Source: Candidatus Helarchaeota archaeon
Lineage (GTDB): Archaea > Asgardarchaeota > Lokiarchaeia > Helarchaeales > RDOG01
Reading direction: 5' to 3'
Assembly: GCA_029838215.1 (NCBI GenBank)
Contig: JALGVI010000102.1
Location: forward strand, 1 to 17,500
Length of the DNA stretch: 17,500 nt
Shown here: in pieces, positions 1 to 7,643 of the stretch
Layout of the letters: the number at the start of each line of letters is the position of its first letter
Numbering within the stretch: position 1 is the stretch's first letter
Made by a program: the position numbers and the translations under genes
The notes under the pieces: generated by a model
Databases searched by the model: none
What the model saw: the letters and a program-made list of their open reading frames with translations, nothing else
Told to the model about the DNA's origin: nothing

Positions 1-179
1 GCGGGCTGCCCTAACTCGCGCCCCGCGCGCACGCGCGACACTTCCAAGACGCTGAACCTGCGGTGCCCGCCCGCCGTGCGAACGCAGCGTATCTTGCCCG
101 CTCGGTCCCACCTTCTTAAAGTCTTCGCGCAAACACCGAGCTCTGCCGCCGCCTGCCCTATCCTCAGCCACGAACTCAT
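1..179 (-). CDS. tnpA: IS607-family serine-recombinase transposase TnpA, N-terminal MerR-like HTH (partial, runs off the window edge; not in the ORF track)
   Basis: Manual translation of the minus strand from ATG at 179 gives MSSWLRIGQAAAELGVCAKTLRRWDRAGKIRCVRTAGGHRRFSVLEVSRVRAGRELGQP. This matches the IS607 TnpA HTH pattern (A..LGV...TLRRW...GKI...RT.GGHRRF). The catalytic domain is outside the window. Confidence 0.9.
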   Translation of the reverse strand, partial: MSSWLRIGQAAAELGVCAKTLRRWDRAGKIRCVRTAGGHRRFSVLEVSRVRAGRELGQP

Positions 180-293
180 GATGAAAAAGTACGGCGAAAG
201 TGCTAATTAAAACGCGTGTCATCACGGGAACACCGCGTGAAAAAATTTAAACGTGCAGGATTGTCCAAGTTTTACGAAGCTGATGATTAACCT
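1..293 (-). mobile_element. IS607-family insertion sequence, left end plus start of tnpA (partial)
   Basis: The 114 bp upstream of tnpA (180-293) match 17387-17500 in inverted orientation at 111/114 positions. Homology stops at an AGG junction (GG at 292-291 on the minus strand), consistent with the GG crossover dinucleotide described for IS607. Confidence 0.85.
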
Positions 294-1405
294 TTGTAGA
301 TACGACGAGCAATATGCGGTAAATCTAATGTTTGTGGAAGTTGATGATTAATATTAAAAAATTCTTGTATTTCGAGAATCGCTGCCTTTAATCCTTCCTC
401 ACCGTGATATTTATAACTTCTTTTGTCTATTTGACCAAAAACATGAACTAACATGTCGTTCCAAGAATGAATATCCTTCTGTTTCCACCGGCCATGATAA
501 ATCGAGCGGGCTATGTGCATCAGATCAGTAGTTCGTGGCATTTTTTGATGCTCAGAATAAAAAGCTCGCATATCAGAAATAGCTTCATTAAACAGACTTT
601 CATTATCAGGTTTAATCTTGTTTATTTTTCTCTTTTTCTTCTTATTCTTCCATTGAATTACTTGATCTTCTCCAAATGCTAAGATGAGTAAATCTTTCCA
701 CGATTTTACTTTTATTCTTGCAAATTGACCACGACTAAGTAAAACCGCTATTGATCTCAAGGCCATGTCATTTTTTCGTGGTTCCCGCTCATTTTCTTTG
801 TAAATGTCCTTAATTTCTTCATTGCACGTCTTAATCCATTAACACCAACGTATTTATTAGCTTCTCTGTTGATTTTTTTAAAGACATGGAGCAATAGCTC
901 ATTCCATGAATTTATGCCGTATTTCTCCCAATATCCAATAACAATTCTGCCAATAATTCGCCGCATTTCGCTTGCTTTTGGAATTCTTCCATTCTTCATT
1001 TTAAAAATCCGTAGCTCACTAGCAGCAAGCTCCAATCCAAGCTTGCCTTCATCCTTTATCTGATCTTCTAAAATTTCTTCCATTTTCGTCCCAAATAATA
1101 AATCCTTGGCTACGCGCTTGATTTTAAAGATAGGTAATTCAAATTTTTCGGCAACATCCTTTAATCGAGCCCCCATTAAATAGGACATCCTTTAATCGAG
1201 CCCCCATTAAATAGGAGATACCAGCCTTGTATCGACGTTTAAATTCACCTAGCAACTCTTCAGAATAGAGTTCGGGATAGAAAATCCTGAAATTATCAAG
1301 CGACCAGGCTGGCAACTTGAAAAATCTTCGATCTTTTAAGTCATATTTCTTTAATTCCTTAGGTTGGTAAGTATTAAATAGAGTTATTTCTCCGTTGGTT
1401 GCCAT
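287..1405 (-). pseudogene. Disrupted paralog of the transposon-associated tandem-repeat protein (6073-7623)
   Basis: ORFs 1139-1405, 757-1188 and 287-766 align consecutively to the 516-aa protein (RFFKLPAWS vs RFHKLPAWS; GKLGLELAASELRI vs GKLGLERAASELRI; FGEDQVIQW vs FREDQIKKW). Breaks: 31-bp tandem duplication at 1154-1215, a 1-bp deletion near 802-804, and IS607 truncation at ~293. Confidence 0.88.
1154..1215. repeat. Perfect 31-bp tandem duplication (ACATCCTTTAATCGAGCCCCCATTAAATAGG x2)
   Basis: Copies at 1154-1184 and 1185-1215 are identical. Removing one fuses ORF 1139-1405 with ORF 757-1188 in frame (ISYLMGARLKDV|AEKF). Confidence 0.97.
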
Positions 1406-1428
1406 GAGACCACGTTCATTTCATAATT

Positions 1429-1472
1429 TGAGAATTTCTCATTATTTCGCATTATTTACTGAGATTCTCTCA
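1429..1472. promoter_or_regulatory. Two 13-bp palindromes TGAGA-N3-TCTCA (putative operator pair) in a divergent intergenic region
   Basis: TGAGAATTTCTCA at 1429-1441 and TGAGATTCTCTCA at 1460-1472, 31 bp apart, between the divergent starts at 1405 and 1608. Function is inferred. Confidence 0.45.
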
Positions 1473-1607
1473 ATTGGTTCAACTTATTGCTAATTCTTAT
1501 CATAGTAGTTTATATGCCCAAATCTAATATCTATATTTGCAGCAATTTTTTCTTGCGGATTTTTTAAAAATCCAAAACAGCGTGAAGGCGAGTTACCAAT
1601 CTTTAAC

Positions 1608-3275
1608 ATGAGAATTAAAAATAAAACTTTTGTATTTATGGCAATTATCTTACTTTTTGGAAGTACATTTATTTCTGTAAGTGTTTTTTCTTCATATATT
1701 TCGGTTTTACAAATAACTTCTCAAAACGGAACAGAGGAAGAGCCAATTCTAGAAGTCCCTCCAGATTTCCTCACTTTCAATTCTACATCAGTTAATATCC
1801 TCATTCTAAAGGGAGCAAATGATTTAGAGGTCAATTCATGTGTTTCTGCACTCATTGAATCCTTGGATTTTACTATTGAAATAATACAAAGCTTTGATGA
1901 AATTCATGAAACCGAGGAAATAGATAATATTATTATTATTGGTCACGGTAATTCTGAGGAAATTATGATAAGTGAAAATCATTATACTTGGTCTGATTTT
2001 GCAAGGCTTCTTGATTCATTAATAATTTCAAAGGGTTTTAATGATTATCCTTTTGATCACTTCCCTCCCATAGTGATTGCGTCGTGTTACGCTCAAAATA
2101 TTTACAATCATACAAAATTTCCAAACTCTATTTTTGCCTGGGGAGATGGATTAATTGATGCCAAATTCATTGGTTACGTAATTAGCAGCTTGATAAATTA
2201 CGCCAATGACCAATATTCATCTTGGATGCTTAGTTTGAAAAACGGCATGGAGCGAATGATAGCCGTTGATAATGGATCTGCTTGCTTTTTACCTTTAGTT
2301 TGGATCAGACGATCTACTGCATTCATACCCAATATAATAAATTATAATAAGTTAGAGTTTCAGGTGCCTTCTGAAGAACAAGCTTCTTTTGGTTTGTTCA
2401 CAGTAAATACTCCCATAGGTCTTTATGCGCTAACGGTTGGCGGAGCTTGGGTCGCCTTAAGCTTCTGGACCGCTGGTATTGGTGCGATTGGTGGAATCCT
2501 TTTTACTGTTGCAATGATTGCTGCAGCTACTCAAATTGACTATTGGACGGCCGAATCAAATACAGCTCACGGTGGGACTCTAGTTATGGAATATATTGCG
2601 TGGGGAGCGCCAGGGTGGGGGACATTAACAATTGGTTTTGATATTGGAGGCGGTCAAGTTATAAGATTTCCAGTTTTGTGGGAACCAATATCGGTCACTA
2701 TAACCTATCTTATTTTCGGATTATTTCCCTGTGATTGGATATGGTATAATCCCTTCACGTCCACCCCTTCAATAACCAGACCAACTTCTCTCTCCTTATC
2801 GGTTGGAGCATCTGACACGATCTCTTACTCGATAACAAATCCTGATTTTATTCAACAAAATTATGTTATTTCGGTTAAAGAAGTTTCAGAACTAGGAATT
2901 GAAGAGTCTGAACAAACAATAACATTTTCTTCCTTAGAAACCAAAACTTTTGAGTTACCTATAACCGCTAACTCAATTGGAGATTACGTTGTCGAGCTGG
3001 ATGTAACTAGACTTGGTGGAGAAACATCAATAGAAATCCCGGTTTATGTTCCTGCTCCAGTTGATCAAACGCCACCTTATATTTCAATAGGAGACATTCA
3101 AGCAACGGATGCTTCACTGAATTTCTTCATTTCATCGAAAATTACGGATCTTCAAAGTGGAATTTCTAATGTCAAAGGTAAAATAATGTCTGATTCTTCT
3201 CTGCTCGAAGAAACGGTGCCCGTTCAGGTTTCTGCTGAAACAATTATGCAACTAAAGAAAAAGAGTTCCAAGTAA
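1608..3275 (+). CDS. N-terminal part of a large secreted/membrane-anchored protein: signal/TM segment, putative clan-CD (caspase/CHAT-like) peptidase domain, Gly/Ala-rich hydrophobic hairpin, first Ig-like domains
   Basis: Basic-then-hydrophobic N-terminus (MRIKNKTFVFMAIILLFGSTF). IIIIGHG (H113) and IVIASCY (C160) motifs. Hydrophobic segment at about residues 270-308. Beta-rich C-terminal part. The frame is lost near 3239-3275. Confidence 0.7.
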   Translation: MRIKNKTFVFMAIILLFGSTFISVSVFSSYISVLQITSQNGTEEEPILEVPPDFLTFNSTSVNILILKGANDLEVNSCVSALIESLDFTIEIIQSFDEIHETEEIDNIIIIGHGNSEEIMISENHYTWSDFARLLDSLIISKGFNDYPFDHFPPIVIASCYAQNIYNHTKFPNSIFAWGDGLIDAKFIGYVISSLINYANDQYSSWMLSLKNGMERMIAVDNGSACFLPLVWIRRSTAFIPNIINYNKLEFQVPSEEQASFGLFTVNTPIGLYALTVGGAWVALSFWTAGIGAIGGILFTVAMIAAATQIDYWTAESNTAHGGTLVMEYIAWGAPGWGTLTIGFDIGGGQVIRFPVLWEPISVTITYLIFGLFPCDWIWYNPFTSTPSITRPTSLSLSVGASDTISYSITNPDFIQQNYVISVKEVSELGIEESEQTITFSSLETKTFELPITANSIGDYVVELDVTRLGGETSIEIPVYVPAPVDQTPPYISIGDIQATDASLNFFISSKITDLQSGISNVKGKIMSDSSLLEETVPVQVSAETIMQLKKKSSK

Positions 3276-3394
3276 TTGATGATGATATCGCCATTCCGGT
3301 AGTTTATATAATTCCACCGACGCAAACAATAACAGACGGTGATGAGACAATTGGATTTGGCATTCACGCATTTGATCAGTCAGGAATTGAAAAA

Positions 3395-4615
3395 TTGAAG
3401 ATATTTGTGGATGAAGCTTTAATAGAAGAGCTTGATTTTACTTCTGAAGGATATCCTACTGAATTCTCGATGGAATATTCATTTTTAAATCCACAAATTC
3501 TCGGAGATCACACTATATCAATAGAAGCTTGGGATGCAGATTTGGACCGAGGTTCAATCGATCAACTTTCTGAGAGTTTCACGGGATCTTTTCAAACAAT
3601 CGACGATGACACGACAGCTCCAACAATAGAAATTGAGTATCTAGAAGGAGATGGAACCGATGGTAGTCCTGGACTATTTACTTGGGAAATAATGGATGCT
3701 GATGATGGAGTTGGGGGCGATGGAGATCTGGGATTTAGTAACATTGAGATTAAAGTTGATTATGTATCTTCCGATAATTCAGAGGATTTTACCATTTCAC
3801 TACCCGCGAGCGAAGTGGGAAGTTGGAACCTACCATCTAATTTAGGGACATATACGATAACTGTAACGGCAACGGATAATGATGACGACCGGACGTCAGA
3901 CAGTCTGACAACTACATCATTGATAAATCAAGTTATAATAGATGATGATGTCTTACAACCCGTGATTTCTGACTTGCAAATAATGGATGACTTTTTGAAT
4001 ATAGCAATTTCATTCAACGCCATAGATGATAATGCAGGAGATGACCAAGGAATCAGGGAGATAAATATCTTCATTGACAATGAGCTAGTTGTAAATTATG
4101 CTCCGACACCGATAGAAATCTCATATAATTTCGAATTATCTAATGACCGGATCATGGAGATTGGAGATCATCTGGTGAGAGTTGAAGTAACGGACGCGGA
4201 TGATGATAGGTCAATGGATTCTCTAATGACTTTAATTGAAGAATCTTTTGAAGTGACTCTCGAGGAGACCAAACAATACGTTAATTGGGAGATAGACCAC
4301 TTGAATGAGGCAATTCAAAGCTCTTCTGACGACTGTTGGAGAAACCCCGCGAGCAATCGAAAGGCAACAATGTCCGAAAAGTTAAATGAATTGAAGGTCT
4401 TAATAACGATAAACGAGTTTGAAGAAGCATATGACAAGTTGTTGCATGACATCAAGCCTAAATTAACTGGTCTAAAAACTGACGAAAATGAGGAGCCTTG
4501 GGGTGGTGGCATCTTTAATAATCCTTGGGTTACTTGCCCTGAATTACAGGAGATATTTAAATTAGATTGCAATAGAATTTTAGCTCATCTTATAGTATTA
4601 ATTTACGGAGCTTAA
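3395..4615 (+). CDS. C-terminal part of the same surface protein: acidic Ig-like repeats and a C-terminal helical domain
   Basis: This frame is open from 3239 (NNYATKEKEFQVIDDDIAIPVV...). Repeated xxIDDDxxxPxI linkers and G-x-[HY]-x6-D-x-D-x-DR-x2-3-D-x-L loops are present. One extra A at 3238-3240 would join it to 1608-3275 as a 1002-aa protein. Confidence 0.75.
   Translation: MKIFVDEALIEELDFTSEGYPTEFSMEYSFLNPQILGDHTISIEAWDADLDRGSIDQLSESFTGSFQTIDDDTTAPTIEIEYLEGDGTDGSPGLFTWEIMDADDGVGGDGDLGFSNIEIKVDYVSSDNSEDFTISLPASEVGSWNLPSNLGTYTITVTATDNDDDRTSDSLTTTSLINQVIIDDDVLQPVISDLQIMDDFLNIAISFNAIDDNAGDDQGIREINIFIDNELVVNYAPTPIEISYNFELSNDRIMEIGDHLVRVEVTDADDDRSMDSLMTLIEESFEVTLEETKQYVNWEIDHLNEAIQSSSDDCWRNPASNRKATMSEKLNELKVLITINEFEEAYDKLLHDIKPKLTGLKTDENEEPWGGGIFNNPWVTCPELQEIFKLDCNRILAHLIVLIYGA
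4452..4600 (+). repeat. Copy 1 of a 149-bp direct repeat (3' end of the surface-protein gene)
   Basis: 135/149 identical to 5470-5618 by manual alignment. Confidence 0.92.
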
Positions 4616-4807
4616 TTATTATTGATGTCTCATTGAAGAAGCTTGAAATAAAAAACGTTTTGATTTATATATTATGGAAGCATATTTTGAAAAAGAAAAT
4701 TAGTTAAAAATGTTTCACAAAGGAAAAAAAGATTTTCAAAAAAGATTCATTAATCGGAGAGGATTTTAATAAACTATAAGGTAAAAAGGAGCATTATAAT
4801 ACTGATC

Positions 4808-5023
4808 TTGACCGTGGGTGTTCCCTCTTTCACGTGGTTCTTTTTTCTGGGAATATTAAATCCATTATTTTCTGTAATGTTCGGACGTGATTTTGGTTTT
4901 TTCATATTGATGATAACATTACTTACTTATGTACTTATTGCAACTCCTATTTGCGGTCTAATCGGTTTTTTAGTTGATCGCAAGCTTAATCCTGCTAAAA
5001 AGAAAACATTTGCCAAAGACTGA
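4808..5023 (+). CDS. Small two-TM membrane protein with basic C-terminal tail (start uncertain, TTG)
   Basis: Two hydrophobic stretches and a KKK tail. The frame is open from 4754 but has no ATG. Confidence 0.5.
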   Translation: MTVGVPSFTWFFFLGILNPLFSVMFGRDFGFFILMITLLTYVLIATPICGLIGFLVDRKLNPAKKKTFAKD

Positions 5024-5182
5024 TTCCAAATGAAACAGTGAATTACCAAGAATCAAGCTAACCCGCAAAAGAAGAGAGTCCAATAATACATCTGTAATTA
5101 ATAATATTCTTTCTGAATTTAGTGATAGAGTTTCATGAAAAAAGGAGTAATATGTCTATTATTTGAAGGAAGGACAATATAA

Positions 5183-5410
5183 ATGAAAAATAAGCTGAAA
5201 AATACGATTTACATCGTTATTTTGCTTCTTCCGGCTCCATTTTTATTGCTCGTTCTGGAACCATTTTATTTTTTAATACTTGGATTAGAATTCGGTTTAA
5301 TTTTAACTATTATAACGTTTATTATAATTTATTCAATCCTCTTCATAGGTATTATGAGTCATAAGCTTTATTTCTCAAAAAAGAAAAAAGAAGGTAAAAA
5401 TCCTTTTTAA
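5183..5410 (+). CDS. Small two-TM membrane protein
   Basis: ATG start preceded by purine-rich GAAGGAAGGA. Basic N-terminus, two hydrophobic helices and a KKKKEGK tail. Confidence 0.65.
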   Translation: MKNKLKNTIYIVILLLPAPFLLLVLEPFYFLILGLEFGLILTIITFIIIYSILFIGIMSHKLYFSKKKKEGKNPF

Positions 5411-5469
5411 TCAAATAAAAAGATTATAAGTGCTTTGGATTTATTATGTGATAACGTTGTAATATGGCC

Positions 5470-5624
5470 TCAAACCTAAATTAACCGGTCTAAAAACTGA
5501 CGAAAATGAGGAGCCTTGGGGCGGTGGAGTCTTTAATAATCCTTGGGTTACTTGCCCTGAATTGCAGGAGGTATATAGATTAGATTGCAATAAATTTTTA
5601 ACTCATATCATAATATTAGGTTAG
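5470..5624 (+). pseudogene. Orphan 3' remnant (50 codons) of a paralogous surface-protein gene; copy 2 of the 149-bp repeat
   Basis: Translates as KPKLTGLKTDENEEPWGGGVFNNPWVTCPELQEVYRLDCNKILTHIIILG*. An in-frame TAA at 5460-5462 lies just upstream and there is no start codon. Confidence 0.85.
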
Positions 5625-5743
5625 GGGACATCTCAGACTAATGGTAAATCAAATAAATGCCGAATTAGACCCTTTTATAAACGCTTTAAATTTGATCTAA
5701 ATGTCAGAGAGGAATGAGTTTGCTTTAAATTTAGCAATGAGAA

Positions 5744-5947
5744 GTGGTTGGAATGAAAAGGAAAATAAAAGAAATACTCATGATCGTGATTTGGACTTAT
5801 GCTTATTGGGTCTCTTTCGTTATTATTTTCACAATATTTAATACAAATTTATTTTTATTTGGTATCCTAGTTATAATCTTAGCTTCTCTTACGATAATAA
5901 CATACATCGTGTTCAGAAAAAAGATTCTAGGTCCGAAAGAGATGTAA
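5744..5947 (+). CDS. Small two-TM membrane protein (ATG at 5753 is the likelier start)
   Basis: MKRKIKE, two hydrophobic helices and an RKK tail, the same architecture as the neighbouring small ORFs. Confidence 0.6.
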   Translation: MVGMKRKIKEILMIVIWTYAYWVSFVIIFTIFNTNLFLFGILVIILASLTIITYIVFRKKILGPKEM

Positions 5948-6072
5948 TGAAACTTAAGAAAAAAAGAAATCATAGAAAAATATTTTATCCTCTTTTCTAC
6001 TTTACACTCAATCATAGTAGGAATACACTGATTTGAAAAAAAGGAAGAACTATAATTAGATTTTTAGAAGAA

Positions 6073-7623
6073 CTATTTAAAGGCAATCCTTAACAAATCA
6101 TTCCATTTCTTTATTCCGAATGCTGACCAATAACCCCTGTAAATACTGTTAATAATTGTAGGCATTCCTTTATCTTTCGCGCGAGGTCTTCTATGATTTT
6201 TCTTTTCAAATGCATTCAACATAACTATTGCCCTCCTAAGCCCTTCTTTACCTTTATATTGGTTTTTCATTTGATTAACTTCGTTAAAAGTGGATTGGAG
6301 TAAATCATTCCAAAGAAGAATCCCATGTTCCTTCCAATATCCTCTTTGAACAGCATGAAATATAGCACACATGTCTTTGGCGGTTGGTATCCTCCCTTTC
6401 TGATCTTGAAACTTCTTTAATTTAATTTGAGCATTAATTAATCCTTCTTCACCTAGATACTTCCCTTTTTCTTGATTCACATCTGAAAAAATGCAAAATA
6501 AAAGATCATTCCAGCATGAAATTCCGAATTTCTGCCAATTGCCATTTGAAATTGATGTAGCTATGCTAGGTAGCTCTCTTGCACGTGGTTTTCTTCGATT
6601 TTTTTTGTAAAAATCACGGATTTTTCTGGAAGCTCGGTCGAGCCCAGTAATACCAACATGCATATTTCTTTCAACATTTATTTTTTTAAAGACATAATTC
6701 AGCATTTCATTCCATGTCGTAATCCCAAAACATTTCCAATGACCCCGCCTTATTGTGTTAACGATCCAAGAGATTCCCTTATCATTCATTGAAGGTAAGC
6801 GTCTATTCTTTCTTTGGATTTCACGCAACTCTGATAAAGCTCGGTTGAAACTTTTTTTATTTGCGTGCTTTGGAGGTTTTTTCTTCAGATCTTCCCATTT
6901 TTTAATTTGGTCCTCTCTAAAAGATCTCAAGAGTAATTTTTTCCAAGTATTTATCCCAAGGTGCTTCCAAATACCGCTATATGCCGCATTAAATATGGAT
7001 TTGATTTTCTTATCTTTATAATCTGGCTTTTTGCCATTTTTCATGTAATATTCTTTTAGTTTTGTAATCGCACGGTCCAAACCTTCTATGCCATTATATT
7101 TACCGAATTCTACATTAATGCTCTTGAATACGTAGAATAGGAGGTCGTTCCATTTTGTTATACCAAAAGTCTCCCAATTACCCTCGGCAATTCTTGAAGC
7201 CACATTGCCCATCTTTCTGGCGGCTGGTATTTTTTTGAATCTCTTTTTAATTATCCTTAACTCGCTTGCTGCCCTCTCGAGTCCAAGCTTCCCTTTATAA
7301 GTTATTTGGTTTCTTAATATGTCCTCCATGCTCTTCCTAATAATGAGATCTCTTGCGAATCTCTTAATGCCGAGAGCGGTTTGTCCATATTGTCTAACAA
7401 TTTGTTTCAAGGATTTACCATTTAGGTAATCAACAGTTGCATTGAATTTTTGATTGAATTCTACAAGAACTTCAGTCGAATAAAGCTCGAAATCGGTTAG
7501 TTCATATTGATCTCCCGACCAAGCGGGTAATTTGTGGAATCTAGAATCTTTATTGGTTTCTTTTATTAGTACATGAGGCTGATAATGTGTGATAAAGTCT
7601 ATTTCAGGCTCAATTTCCGACAA
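6073..7623 (-). CDS. Basic tandem-repeat protein (N-terminal HTH-like region plus six ~67-69-aa repeats); putative DNA-binding/target-selection factor of the transposon
   Basis: Repeat consensus G..GL.RA...L..F..KN.R.P...D....I...I..G.W..FGI..WNDLL...F..IN. It loosely resembles the homing-endonuclease-associated repeat (..GR.P....FG.WN.AL). The gene lies 20 bp downstream of tnsC on the same strand. There is no TniQ-type CxxC zinc-finger pattern. Confidence 0.75.
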   Translation of the reverse strand: MSEIEPEIDFITHYQPHVLIKETNKDSRFHKLPAWSGDQYELTDFELYSTEVLVEFNQKFNATVDYLNGKSLKQIVRQYGQTALGIKRFARDLIIRKSMEDILRNQITYKGKLGLERAASELRIIKKRFKKIPAARKMGNVASRIAEGNWETFGITKWNDLLFYVFKSINVEFGKYNGIEGLDRAITKLKEYYMKNGKKPDYKDKKIKSIFNAAYSGIWKHLGINTWKKLLLRSFREDQIKKWEDLKKKPPKHANKKSFNRALSELREIQRKNRRLPSMNDKGISWIVNTIRRGHWKCFGITTWNEMLNYVFKKINVERNMHVGITGLDRASRKIRDFYKKNRRKPRARELPSIATSISNGNWQKFGISCWNDLLFCIFSDVNQEKGKYLGEEGLINAQIKLKKFQDQKGRIPTAKDMCAIFHAVQRGYWKEHGILLWNDLLQSTFNEVNQMKNQYKGKEGLRRAIVMLNAFEKKNHRRPRAKDKGMPTIINSIYRGYWSAFGIKKWNDLLRIAFK

Positions 7624-7643
7624 GAAATCACGTTCACTTATTA

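Noticed and set aside
1-210. Plus-strand open frame AGCPNSRPAR...GESAN*
   Set aside because: It is the antisense of the IS607 tnpA HTH. High GC explains the lack of stops.
3250-3275. Programmed -1 ribosomal frameshift at CTA AAG AAA AAG
   Set aside because: It is not a full X XXY YYZ heptamer and no obvious downstream stimulatory hairpin is visible. A 1-bp deletion at 3238-3240 explains the break more simply.
5640-6072. A transposon left end immediately downstream of the repeat gene (TTAGCAATGA near 5731; ATCATAGTAG at 6011, also at 1499)
   Set aside because: These are isolated 10-bp matches in AT-rich DNA. There is no cluster of sites and no TG terminus with a matching TSD.
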